Origin: Clostridia bacterium
GTDB taxonomy: Bacteria; Bacillota; Clostridia; Christensenellales; UBA1242
DNA length: 42,624 nt
Assembly (NCBI GenBank): GCA_017505165.1
Contig: JAFVPU010000217.1
Location: forward strand, 1-42,624
Direction of reading: 5' to 3'
Shown piece after piece: positions 17,251 to 27,048 of the stretch. The notes below the pieces were generated by a model. That model was given only the letters and a program-made list of their open reading frames with translations, was not told the DNA's origin and made no database searches. A program made the position numbers and the translations under genes. The stretch's first letter is position 1. The number at the start of each line of letters is the position of its first letter.

Positions 17251-20214
17251 TTATGATTTCTTTTTTGTTCTTGTTCTTTTTGTAGAAACAACAGACTCTG
17301 GCATTTTGTGTAGTTCGGCATGAATGGCCCGATCGCACTTTATGCATGTATCTGTTGTTATAACATCATGTTCACATGTTGTTATTCCATGTTCTATGAT
17401 AGACTTCGTAGAAATAGTTGTATTATCAAAACTATCGCAACAGGTATCGCTAAGATAGAACGGTGTTACAGGGGGTTCAACCAAAATAGTTGAAATAATA
17501 TCTGTTGCACAAATCTTGTCTTCAAATCCATACCTGTATTTAACTTTCAGAGATTCTGTATCCACAAAGAATCTGGAAGTCATGTATGTTTCATTGGAAT
17601 CATAATCCTGTGTAATAAAATCACAAAGTGTTAGTGATGTATCTGATGCTCCAACAGAACCTTCAAGAAATGTTACATTATAACTGCAAAGATTTATGAA
17701 CAATTCTTTCAATCTGTTGAATCGGTTCATAGATACGCCGGCATTATCTTCGAGATAATCCGTATCCAATGGGAACAACGCTATTATCAAACTATTACCA
17801 AGTTTAGCATACTCGGTTCTAGCAACAGCAACTGTGTTATTTTCAATCTTTTCGACGAGCTCTTTAATATCAGCATTTGTTTCAATGAACTCTTTGAATG
17901 TCATACCACCAAAGACTTCTAATTTAACAACCTGATTAACAGTTCGATCTTTGATAACATCAGTAACACCAGTATGCTGTCTTGACCAATCGGAGCCATG
18001 TAATTCTTTGTAAATCTGTATATAACCTTGAGCTTGTTCATCTAACAACGTGATGAGTTCTTCATATGTAATTGTATCTCGATTTGGCATCAATCTATCA
18101 ATTAAATACTCATACGTTTCTACCTTAAGAACAGATGAATAAGAACTCAATCCTTGTTTCCATATGAACTCTTGATGTTTCCATCCGTTATACGGCATTT
18201 TAAAATCAGCAACAAGTGTATTTGCTTGCGTTTTCAATTTCCATACACGAACTGAATCAACATCTTCGAATTCAATAGTTGATGAACCACTTGTGTTAGT
18301 CCACACCCATTTTGTAGAATGAAGACTATCATCAACAATATAATAATCTCCTTTGATACTATCTGGGAGATCATCTCCTGTAAGAGACATTTTCGTAGGA
18401 ACAATTCTCAGAATATCAGTCGTATTAAACTTATGATTATTCCATTTGAACGTTTCTCTTATTGGATCAAACGATTCTTTGTAAGGCACTGTCAGATAAA
18501 TATACGGATACGATTTGGCATCATCGTTTTCATACCATCCGAGTTCTTTCAGTGCACAATACCACACAAGGCCTATTGCATCAACAACAGATATATTTAC
18601 AGAATAACTCATTCCATCAGGAACAAAACTGATAATGTAATCAGCTTGTCCGATAGCAGCTCTATACAACAACGACTCGGTCATGAATCTAGAATAGATC
18701 TGTTTAAATAGAGTTGAAACTGTAGTTTTAGAAATCTCCAAAACTTTTGTAACAAATGCCGTATGTGGTGTATTTGTAAACAACTTCGTTTGTTCTTCAG
18801 TTGATTTCTCAAACATGAATTGATTCTGATATTCAAGACCAGCTTCTCTTTCTTTGTCGTATAGACTCTGTAGAGATTCGATAGATCCTGAATTCATTTC
18901 TTGAAATAAACTCTTTCTATAATCAAAAGCATGTAGTTCATCATAGAACTTCATTGTTTTGTTAAGATATGATACATCGTTATTGTCGATATTTTTAAGA
19001 GTATCCAATACTGTTTCACCAACAACAATGGAATCAACAACAGGATAAGTCTTACAAGTTTCTTCAAACTTTTGTTCCTTATCCTTATCTTCAGTATTGA
19101 CCTTGGTTTGCAAAATATTCTTACCAGAAATTTCAATATTCCATTCTGAAAGAAGTTTATGGGCAAGAAGAATCAAGTTAAAATCTGATCCTCTATTTCT
19201 CAAAAGATATGGATAGTTTCTATATAAGAATAAAGCTTGTTTCATATTAAGAACATCACTGTAGTCATCTAAACCATGTGATTTTAGATATTCCCAAATG
19301 TGATATTCATGTGCTGCAGACGTTCTGATATTTACAATACGCTGCTTCATCAATGCAAGTAGCAATGTGTTCCAAATCTTCGACTGAATATCAAGTGCGT
19401 ATAGATCTTCATATACGAATTCGGACACATCCCATCTACGTTTTATCAGTTCCAGTATATCTAGAACGCATGTATACATTGTTGTTCGTTCATTCTCTCT
19501 AAGTTGTGTTAAATCACAACTAATGAGTGAATAATTACTCGCATTTACACACGCTTCGAGTGATGGAACAGGGTAAACAACAGCTTTAATTATGTCTACC
19601 ATGAGAGGGTAAGACTCGCACAATTTTGAATAATAGCGACTCGGCATCCTATACAGCGAAGCAGTCTTTTGGTGTTCTTTGCTCTTTAATGTAGTTGAAT
19701 TGAATGGAATAACTTTATGAGTATCGATTGAGTTGATTGTTATCAACTCATCGAATTTTTTATAAAGTAATTTCACAGGACAGATCTGCCCATAGTACCA
19801 AACACAATTAGGATAAACTCGTTTGACAGTTCCGTCAATATTAGCAAAATATGAACGAAGTTTAACGTGTATTCCATTTATTGTTTGATACTCAACAACA
19901 TCCGAATCCATCGGAAGAGCAACATAATCGAACCCATAATCAACTGCAAGTTGTGCATCGGATATAGTAAGATCAGAATGATCATCTTCATCAAAGGCAG
20001 GAATACCTGCTACTGATCTAAATTGATCAAAAGATTCATAAGCACACTTACCAAGAAGATGTCTATAATACGGATGGAGTTCATCTGGTAGCTTACCAAT
20101 GAAAGCATCTGCTACGTAGGTTTCTTCCATCTGATGTTTAAAGTACTCATTCTTGATTGTCATCGTCTTAAGGAATCTTGTGATTTCTCTGATGTACAGT
20201 TCAAGTTGAATCAT
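17251..20214 (-). CDS. large hypothetical protein (987 aa), probably structural
   Basis: I trimmed ORF track entry 17251-20229 (GTG start) to ATG 20214 (MIQLELYIREI), which has GGTGAAAGG upstream. No Walker or other catalytic motif seen. Confidence 0.7.
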   Translation of the reverse strand: MIQLELYIREITRFLKTMTIKNEYFKHQMEETYVADAFIGKLPDELHPYYRHLLGKCAYESFDQFRSVAGIPAFDEDDHSDLTISDAQLAVDYGFDYVALPMDSDVVEYQTINGIHVKLRSYFANIDGTVKRVYPNCVWYYGQICPVKLLYKKFDELITINSIDTHKVIPFNSTTLKSKEHQKTASLYRMPSRYYSKLCESYPLMVDIIKAVVYPVPSLEACVNASNYSLISCDLTQLRENERTTMYTCVLDILELIKRRWDVSEFVYEDLYALDIQSKIWNTLLLALMKQRIVNIRTSAAHEYHIWEYLKSHGLDDYSDVLNMKQALFLYRNYPYLLRNRGSDFNLILLAHKLLSEWNIEISGKNILQTKVNTEDKDKEQKFEETCKTYPVVDSIVVGETVLDTLKNIDNNDVSYLNKTMKFYDELHAFDYRKSLFQEMNSGSIESLQSLYDKEREAGLEYQNQFMFEKSTEEQTKLFTNTPHTAFVTKVLEISKTTVSTLFKQIYSRFMTESLLYRAAIGQADYIISFVPDGMSYSVNISVVDAIGLVWYCALKELGWYENDDAKSYPYIYLTVPYKESFDPIRETFKWNNHKFNTTDILRIVPTKMSLTGDDLPDSIKGDYYIVDDSLHSTKWVWTNTSGSSTIEFEDVDSVRVWKLKTQANTLVADFKMPYNGWKHQEFIWKQGLSSYSSVLKVETYEYLIDRLMPNRDTITYEELITLLDEQAQGYIQIYKELHGSDWSRQHTGVTDVIKDRTVNQVVKLEVFGGMTFKEFIETNADIKELVEKIENNTVAVARTEYAKLGNSLIIALFPLDTDYLEDNAGVSMNRFNRLKELFINLCSYNVTFLEGSVGASDTSLTLCDFITQDYDSNETYMTSRFFVDTESLKVKYRYGFEDKICATDIISTILVEPPVTPFYLSDTCCDSFDNTTISTKSIIEHGITTCEHDVITTDTCIKCDRAIHAELHKMPESVVSTKRTRTKKKS

Positions 20215-20257
20215 TATAAAACCTTTCACCCTATTTAATATAAGGAATTTGCATACA

Positions 20258-23065
20258 ATGCCTGGATTTAAAAAGAAGTATCCAGTAAGGAAACTTTCAA
20301 GACTTTACAAGATTTTTGGAGTTCAGTTTCCAGAGGATATGCCAAAAATGGAACACTCTGATTCCATCATCATGAACACACATACTCAGGCAGAACTTCG
20401 GCACATGCCTGGAATGATGGAATACGTTCAGAATGATCAAACACCGAACACTTCTGAGCTAACAAGCTATCTTACTAAAGTTGCAAAGTCTAACAATGAC
20501 TGGATTCAACAATCAGATGCTATTCGAGTTCTTACTCCAGAAATCGATCGTTCAGCAGAGATCATGGTGTCATCGATCCTAAGTCCCACAGACATGCAAT
20601 CTGATACGATCAATATCGTTTGTGATGGTTCTGATCTTGGAGAAGAAATTGAACAAAAAGTTGGTGATGAATTAACAAACTTCTTCAACGACAAATTGGA
20701 ACTTGGAGATCTTATTTACAAATACACAAGAGAATCTTTGTATGGATCTGGTTCATGTGCTATCATGGTACTCCCTCCAAGAAACATCGACATCTTGAAT
20801 ACTGCCATTGATAATGATCTCATTAAAGCTGGTGTTTTAAAATCTTCAAAAAGAAAAAGCACTAAGATATCTGCTGATAATACTGCCCTTGTTTCTCCAT
20901 CCATGGAATCAGCATTTGCTTCTACTGAATCAATGTTCACTTCAGTGCACACTAGTACTGAAGCACTTGAATCAGCAATTGAGCAAGACATGCTCCTAGC
21001 AATAGAAGCAGCAAATCCTATGGTCGGAATGAAACCAGGAGAAGTTATAACCAAATCTAAAGAAGCTCGTAAACAAATATTAGATCTATTCAAAGACAGC
21101 AAAAGCCATATTGTTATGTCATCAGATCTTACTGGTTTGAGAAAAGGAAAAGATCATCTGTCAGACGTAGCTTCTAAATTGAGTGATGAAATAGAAAAAC
21201 ATTTCTTATTTGATCAAAACTCACCAACATTTCTTTTGGATTCAGAATGCGATGATGGTAGTGATAAAAATCCTGCTATTATCGAAATTCCAACACGAGC
21301 AGTTGTGCCTGTTATAATTCCTGGATCTCCAGACAAACATATCGGATATTTTATTCTTGTTGATCAATGGGGAAATCCCATGGTTGAAGGAGAAGGTAAC
21401 AATCCTCCTGGATTTGGTCCAAGAAAACTTACAGAATCAGCAACTCAGGCGGCTTTTGGTGCTCCTAATCTTTATAGGTTCGGGTCTAATATTACCGATG
21501 AACAAAGATATGATATCACAAATACCATCTTTGGTATTACGTTTAAACACCTAATCGAAGCTAAACTCGATGACTTTGGATTGAGTGGTACTACAATCGG
21601 TGAGTACGATGCTATCACTTCTTGCATGTTCCGTAACTTGCTTAATAGAAAAAAATGTGTTCTTGTATTTGTACCAGAACCTCTTATGGTTTATTACAGA
21701 TTTGAACACAGACCAGATGGTACTGGTAAATCAATCACCGAAAGCATGAGTACAATGTTGGCATTGAGAACAGTTCTGCTTATGTCATACATCATGGCAG
21801 CTACTGAAAACTCGATTGACAACAAAGTGATTTCTGTTGCAGTTGATGAAAAACAAACAAACTTGCAGCAATATCTGGATATGATAAGAAATGCATATGT
21901 TGCAAAACGAATGATGCGTTTCGATATCAATCCTCTCACAGTTCAACAGGATCTTATTCAAAAGTCATTAACTATTCTCCCTAAAGGGATCAAGGGTATC
22001 TCAGATAGTTTAGATGTACAGACTGAACATAGATCAACTGGAGCTGTAATGCCAGATGATGGGCTACTTGAAAAAATCGGTAACTGGATCATCACGTGGC
22101 TTCAAGTGCCACATAGTGCACTTAATCATCTTTCAGAAAATGAATATTCCCGTTCTGTTGCAACAACTAACTTATTCTTCAGTAACAATGTGAAGAGTAA
22201 ACAAAAAGTTGTTATAAAACATTCTACCAAATTCGTACGGTTATACACAAGGTATTCACCACACCTACGTGGTAAGATTGAAGAAACTCTTAAAACAACA
22301 GAAAAGACTTCTAAAGCAAACGCATCAAGTGAAGCCGATACTTCACCAAAATCAAAGATAACAGTAGAAACAAATGATGACAGCATCAAGAAAAATGTTG
22401 CCAAAATTATAAGCTGTATCAAAACAACTCTTCCATCTCCCAAGATTGTTGTTGACAAAGCACAATACGAAGAGATTGAAAAATATCTTGATACTGTCGA
22501 GAAGATCTGTGATTACATTTACAGTGACGATCTTGTATCTGGTGGAGAACAAGTACAAGAACTCGCTGATACACTCAAGATGATGCGTGCTAATATCAGA
22601 TCCAATATGGTACGTGATTACATCGATAATATCGGATTCCAGAGTTCTTATGATCTCCCATATCCTGAAGATGTCAACTTCAAGAATACTCAGGATCTTG
22701 TACAATTACTTTCTAACCAGAGAAAAGGTCTTAACGACTGGATGACCTTCATTGTTCAGAAAGCTAAATCGGATGATCTCGAAAATCCTGAAGGTTCTGA
22801 AAACAATAATTCTGGATCTTATACATATGGAAATGACTATGGAAGTCAACCAGAAGATACTGGCATGAATGAAGACTACGGTGTGCCCAATCCCCCTGAA
22901 TTAGGAGATGAAGGCAATCCTGAAGAAGGAACCACCAACGCTGGTGGGGACGAAACTGAAGGAGTACCAAATCCTCCAAGTTTGGACGAAGGATCACCTG
23001 AAGAAGAAAACGCTGGAACAAATGAAGAAACCTACGAAGATGTTCCTCCACCACCTAGCCTCTAA
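20258..23065 (+). CDS. large virion protein (935 aa), possible portal protein
   Basis: I trimmed ORF track entry 20249-23065 (TTG start) to ATG 20258, which has TAAGGAA 10 nt upstream. The portal call rests only on size, position in the structural module and an acidic Pro-rich C-terminal tail. No diagnostic motif was verified. Confidence 0.4.
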   Translation: MPGFKKKYPVRKLSRLYKIFGVQFPEDMPKMEHSDSIIMNTHTQAELRHMPGMMEYVQNDQTPNTSELTSYLTKVAKSNNDWIQQSDAIRVLTPEIDRSAEIMVSSILSPTDMQSDTINIVCDGSDLGEEIEQKVGDELTNFFNDKLELGDLIYKYTRESLYGSGSCAIMVLPPRNIDILNTAIDNDLIKAGVLKSSKRKSTKISADNTALVSPSMESAFASTESMFTSVHTSTEALESAIEQDMLLAIEAANPMVGMKPGEVITKSKEARKQILDLFKDSKSHIVMSSDLTGLRKGKDHLSDVASKLSDEIEKHFLFDQNSPTFLLDSECDDGSDKNPAIIEIPTRAVVPVIIPGSPDKHIGYFILVDQWGNPMVEGEGNNPPGFGPRKLTESATQAAFGAPNLYRFGSNITDEQRYDITNTIFGITFKHLIEAKLDDFGLSGTTIGEYDAITSCMFRNLLNRKKCVLVFVPEPLMVYYRFEHRPDGTGKSITESMSTMLALRTVLLMSYIMAATENSIDNKVISVAVDEKQTNLQQYLDMIRNAYVAKRMMRFDINPLTVQQDLIQKSLTILPKGIKGISDSLDVQTEHRSTGAVMPDDGLLEKIGNWIITWLQVPHSALNHLSENEYSRSVATTNLFFSNNVKSKQKVVIKHSTKFVRLYTRYSPHLRGKIEETLKTTEKTSKANASSEADTSPKSKITVETNDDSIKKNVAKIISCIKTTLPSPKIVVDKAQYEEIEKYLDTVEKICDYIYSDDLVSGGEQVQELADTLKMMRANIRSNMVRDYIDNIGFQSSYDLPYPEDVNFKNTQDLVQLLSNQRKGLNDWMTFIVQKAKSDDLENPEGSENNNSGSYTYGNDYGSQPEDTGMNEDYGVPNPPELGDEGNPEEGTTNAGGDETEGVPNPPSLDEGSPEEENAGTNEETYEDVPPPPSL

Positions 23066-23080
23066 ATAAATACATATAAC

Positions 23081-23116
23081 ACAACACTAGTAGGCAACAT
23101 TGCCTACTAGTGTTGT
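23081..23116. terminator. 16-bp perfect hairpin H9
   Basis: acaacactagtaggca-acat-tgcctactagtgttgt, followed by ttattcttttt, 16 nt after the stop at 23065. Confidence 0.85.
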
Positions 23117-23216
23117 TTATTCTTTTTAAGCTATATATTACATTAGTGTCTTACTAAATGTCAAATCTATAAATTGGTGACCAGAAAAACAGACTCTGTA
23201 ATCATGATGTGAAGAC

Positions 23217-23252
23217 GAGTAGAGTGTGGTGCTGTAACACCACACTCTACTC
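23217..23252. terminator. 15-bp perfect hairpin H10 (orphan: no adjacent gene)
   Basis: gagtagagtgtggtg-ctgtaa-caccacactctactc. No U-tract on either strand. Confidence 0.5.
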
Positions 23253-23460
23253 TAAGGATCATTCGCTACACAATCATAACAAAAATGAAAGAAGTTTCAT
23301 ATGACTGGTATATTCATCAGAGCTAAGAAACTTCAGGTTGGTGCGCCCACAAAGCCCCAACCAAAGAAGTTCAACGTTAACCTTATTGCACGATTCGTGT
23401 AACTGGTTGATGATCCTATTGCACATTAGTGCATAATACTGATCAGCTTCTATACATTTA

Positions 23461-23490
23461 AAAAGTAAAGTATCCTGTACTTTATTTTTT
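23461..23490. terminator. short hairpin H11 flanked by an A-run and a T-run
   Basis: aaaag-taaagta-tcctg-tacttta-tttttt. The shape is that of a classic bidirectional intrinsic terminator. Confidence 0.6.
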
Positions 23491-23503
23491 GTCAAAATAA
23501 GAA

Positions 23504-23539
23504 AACACAGAGTGGAGCACTGGTGCTCCACTCTGTGTT
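23504..23539. terminator. 17-bp perfect hairpin H12, terminator of the tail tube/sheath operon
   Basis: aacacagagtggagcac-tg-gtgctccactctgtgtt, 10 nt beyond the stop at 23549. On the minus strand it is followed by ttcttattttg. Confidence 0.85.
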
Positions 23540-23548
23540 AGATGATTA

Positions 23549-24616
23549 TCAGGCGTTGGTCGTGGTTTCTTTAACTGCGAATTCCACGTTGTTATACGCG
23601 GTATCCACATGTTTGGTAGCAGGATCTGCTGCCCATGCACGACGGTCGACCATTTCACCTTCGAGACCGAACTCAGAGAGACCACGGTCAACAGTGAGTT
23701 TGTTCGGAGGTGCCACATTGTAGTTGTGGACATGGAGCTGAAGTTTTTCAGCAATAGCCATGGCCAGAGACTTGATGTAGGGGTTGTGCTGAACGATGGC
23801 CTGGAACGTAATAGAACGTTCGGGAACCTTGACGGTACCGATCGTACGTTCAAAACCGATATCACCAGTTCCAGTCGGGAAGACGTTCACATAGTGAGCA
23901 GCATCGATGATACGATCAGGTCTCATCGTTGGGTCGAACTGAATAACCATGAAGGAAGCAGCATAAGCGCTCATGGTGTAAGCGCCAGGGAACTGCACCT
24001 GTGCCATAGACACGTTTGTATCGGGATGATTGATGTCCCAGATCCATTTCTTAGCCCAGTTGAACACAAGGTCACCACTGAGTTCAGTAAAGGTGAAAGT
24101 AGGACTCGGCTGGTTACGAGTAGTCTTTCCAGGAACACCGAACATCTGACTGTCCATACCGACGTTAGCAGAAGTATCAACACCCAGAGAATATCCGAAG
24201 TCAATACCGCTGACAGATTTGGCATGAGACTCCATAAGGTCTTTCGTAAGCTGAGCCATGACTGTGGGTTTGGAACCATCAATCATGTACATCGCAGGAA
24301 CAGAAGTCACAACGATAACAGCAGGGGTGAAAGAACAAGGAGTTGCAACGTCCAACATGGGGGCATTGATACCCATACCAAGCTGGAAGTTTTCGCCAAA
24401 ACGAGGCATCATATCTTCCTGGAGAACACCAGAGATGGTTCCCTGATAAGAACCAGGTAGATAATACTTGGCAGACAGATCATCCTTCTGACCAGTCCAG
24501 TTAACACCAGTATTGGTGAAATCATTGTAGAGGTTGGAACCCCAATCAATGGCGGACTTAGCGTTACGTGCCACAGCAGCGAGGCTACGATTGAAAACAT
24601 GTGCGTCAGTTGACAT
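23549..24616 (-). CDS. putative tail tube protein (355 aa)
   Basis: ORF track. GTGAGG RBS. It lies immediately downstream of the sheath-like gene (2-nt gap). G/C-rich codon bias is typical of abundant structural proteins. The call is by gene order, not by motif. Confidence 0.5.
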   Translation of the reverse strand: MSTDAHVFNRSLAAVARNAKSAIDWGSNLYNDFTNTGVNWTGQKDDLSAKYYLPGSYQGTISGVLQEDMMPRFGENFQLGMGINAPMLDVATPCSFTPAVIVVTSVPAMYMIDGSKPTVMAQLTKDLMESHAKSVSGIDFGYSLGVDTSANVGMDSQMFGVPGKTTRNQPSPTFTFTELSGDLVFNWAKKWIWDINHPDTNVSMAQVQFPGAYTMSAYAASFMVIQFDPTMRPDRIIDAAHYVNVFPTGTGDIGFERTIGTVKVPERSITFQAIVQHNPYIKSLAMAIAEKLQLHVHNYNVAPPNKLTVDRGLSEFGLEGEMVDRRAWAADPATKHVDTAYNNVEFAVKETTTNA

Positions 24617-24618
24617 GA

Positions 24619-26976
24619 TTAGGCCTCACTTTCTGTGCCATAACCTTCGCGGTTAACTTCGATATCGAAGTTGATAACACGCATGGTGGCAGGGAAGATA
24701 AGTTTCAGTTTGACATGCTCAACATATCCAAGCTTCTGCTCTTCCTCAGTCTTATACACGGTAACCACGAAATCGTATTTACCGTTATACAGATAAGCAA
24801 GCTTACCTTCAAGATAAGTTTTGATAGCAGCTTCAAGGATAGCCTGGCTGTCATTACGACCGGAGAAACGAGCCCATGCCTTACGGCATTCATGCTTGGT
24901 GTAAACCAGAGCATCAACGACCCACTGGTCGGTGAGCACCGAAGTTTCTTCGCGATACACAGTACGCAGAGCAGGATAGAAAATTCTGGTCATGTCGGCA
25001 TACTGGCAATAGTTCAGACCAGCATTCCAGGTCTTCTCTTTGAGAAGTTCACTGTAATTGGTCCAGTTCCATGTCTTGAACAGCTCGTTGTAGCTGTAGG
25101 GCAATCCGCGAGGTTCCTGGACACTCATCTGATCCGTATTACCATATTTGGCATGCTGAATAGCAGACCAGAAGGAGAACGGAACAGGTTTAGTCCAAGT
25201 TGCCGCAACTGGTTTCCCAGCCTGAGGATAGATGGATGCACGCATGCAGTCGGTACCTTTGAGGACGCTTTCACGCATGAGCAGAGCACGTTCACGAAGA
25301 ACCATACCATCCTGGATGTCCTTGGCTTGATCATTCAATTTGATATCGCGTTCAAAACCAGTAGCCCACTTACTCGGGAACAGAACCTGAGTACTGAGTT
25401 CCACGGCAACATCATCACGAGTATCGAGGAAATCGAGCATCGCGTATTTAGTTGTCATGGAGTAACCCATATCGTAGATATGAGTCATGGGGTAACGGAA
25501 TTTGTCGACGATCTTGGGATTCACATACAGCTTCAGGAAGCGATACATGAAGTGATCAGCGAAGTCATCGCGTTCTTTTTCAGTGGCAGTATCAAGTTCA
25601 CCATCAGAACCACCAGTCAGGAAGATATCGATATCCTGATCGAGGATAACGCGTTCATCCTGTTCGTCATAAGACGTGGTATTATCTTCAGCAACCTGTT
25701 TTTCATAAGCCACATCAGCAGGGATCGCATCACCGACATAGTAATCTTCGTCAACGATCATCTTGGTGTATTTCACAAAAGAAGTACCAGGAATTTCGGC
25801 TTTAGCGAAGTAAACTTTGTCTTCTGCGTAAACAGTATCAGAAGTTGCAACATATTCGTAAACAACTTCGGGATCAACATCAACACGACCACTGATAGCG
25901 ACGTGGTCGTAGGGAACACCCTTGATATTGGTACCACTGATAACGTTGATCTGATAACCGTTCATTTCTGAAGCAGATTCGTATCCGAATTCAGTAAAAG
26001 CAAGACTGCGTCCTTCGTTGTACTCTGATTCGATTTCGATGATCTTTTCACCAATGACACGAAGGTTTTCTTCGAATGTATAGACAGTGAAGGGGAAGTC
26101 AGATCCTTCAGAACCTTCAATATCAAAAGCATTGGTGATAACGTTGCTCATACCCATCTGAACACCAGTTTCAGGATCCGCGCAATCGGGATCAGCAGCA
26201 AAGGTGTTATAGGTACGACCGAAAATATCATACACAATGTTGGTGGTAGTGTTGTTATATTCACGGCGAGCAACAGTCAGACTATTGAAAATCGTCTTGA
26301 ACAAAGCAGTGTTAGCTGCACTGTTCTCAGCGTCTTTGTAGAAGAAACGGAAAGTAAGGTCATTGCCATACTGACCAGGATACAGAGCTCTGAAAGCAAG
26401 AATCGGATACTGTTTGGTGTTATCACTCACAGGGACAGGTTTCAGAGAATCCAGACCTTTCTTCAGTTCTGCCTCAGTTGCAGGACGAACTTTGAAAGTA
26501 ATCTTGACACCCTCTTCCACTGTACCGGTAGGAATGTACTTACCATAAGTCTCAGAATCAGTATCAACGTCGACAAGACGATCTCCGTAAGTATCACTGA
26601 GTTCGTCATCATCGATCTGATATTGGGCAATTCCAACTCCTTCAGTCACTTCGGCAAGCAAAATGGCAGTTGCATATCTCGCAGATTCAGGAAGAGCACG
26701 AACGATAAAAGCACCGTTGTACGACATAACCTGATTCAGGTAGAAACTCTGAGTAGAAGCGAACTTGGGATTAGCAAGGTTAAGCGTCTGCTCGCCGAAT
26801 TTCTTTTTGAGATAAGATGCAGTAGGACACCACACGGGCTCACCGACAGGACCTTCCTGACAAACCAGCGTATACAGCGGGCGATGCACAGGAAGAATCT
26901 CTTCGACTGCAAAAGTATAGATGGAATTGTCCTTCACATTGATCTCGTAATGAGGATACGGCTTCAATGCTGACAT
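24619..26976 (-). CDS. putative contractile tail sheath protein (785 aa)
   Basis: ORF track. GGAGGA RBS. The N-terminus (…GPVGEPVWCPTASYLKKKFGEQT…SFYLNQVMSYNGAFIVRALPE) and the C-terminal region (AGLNYCQYADMTRIFYPALRTVY…WARFSGRND…IKTYLEGKLAYLYNGKYDFVVTVYKTEEEQKLGYVEHVKLKLIFPATMRVINFDIEV) follow the conserved pattern of phage sheath N- and C-terminal domains as I remember it from T4 gp18-like proteins. Confidence 0.6.
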   Translation of the reverse strand: MSALKPYPHYEINVKDNSIYTFAVEEILPVHRPLYTLVCQEGPVGEPVWCPTASYLKKKFGEQTLNLANPKFASTQSFYLNQVMSYNGAFIVRALPESARYATAILLAEVTEGVGIAQYQIDDDELSDTYGDRLVDVDTDSETYGKYIPTGTVEEGVKITFKVRPATEAELKKGLDSLKPVPVSDNTKQYPILAFRALYPGQYGNDLTFRFFYKDAENSAANTALFKTIFNSLTVARREYNNTTTNIVYDIFGRTYNTFAADPDCADPETGVQMGMSNVITNAFDIEGSEGSDFPFTVYTFEENLRVIGEKIIEIESEYNEGRSLAFTEFGYESASEMNGYQINVISGTNIKGVPYDHVAISGRVDVDPEVVYEYVATSDTVYAEDKVYFAKAEIPGTSFVKYTKMIVDEDYYVGDAIPADVAYEKQVAEDNTTSYDEQDERVILDQDIDIFLTGGSDGELDTATEKERDDFADHFMYRFLKLYVNPKIVDKFRYPMTHIYDMGYSMTTKYAMLDFLDTRDDVAVELSTQVLFPSKWATGFERDIKLNDQAKDIQDGMVLRERALLMRESVLKGTDCMRASIYPQAGKPVAATWTKPVPFSFWSAIQHAKYGNTDQMSVQEPRGLPYSYNELFKTWNWTNYSELLKEKTWNAGLNYCQYADMTRIFYPALRTVYREETSVLTDQWVVDALVYTKHECRKAWARFSGRNDSQAILEAAIKTYLEGKLAYLYNGKYDFVVTVYKTEEEQKLGYVEHVKLKLIFPATMRVINFDIEVNREGYGTESEA

Positions 26977-27048
26977 AATTCCTCCATAAGAGTTGTCGTT
27001 TGGGCCATTCCTATGTACAGAAATAGCCTTAAATTAAAGGAGCTAAGC

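Noticed and set aside
23301-23402. A 33-aa basic + strand ORF (MTGIFIRAKKLQVGAPTKPQPKKFNVNLIARFV) in the same gap.
   Set aside because: It has only a weak purine stretch upstream and is too short to evaluate. It cannot be excluded, but the sequence alone does not support it.
23274-23531. An 85-aa minus-strand ORF in the long convergent gap.
   Set aside because: Its start lies inside the stem of terminator H12. It has no RBS, and its translation is Cys/Leu-rich and implausible.
24715-25971. A 418-aa ORF on the + strand antisense to the sheath gene. There are similar long antisense ORFs at 23609-24460, 2395-3150 and 3573-4256.
   Set aside because: They lie entirely inside well-supported genes with strong codon bias. 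They have no RBS, and their translations are low-complexity and unprotein-like (runs of S/R/T/F/I). They are a by-product of G/C-rich codon usage on the opposite strand.
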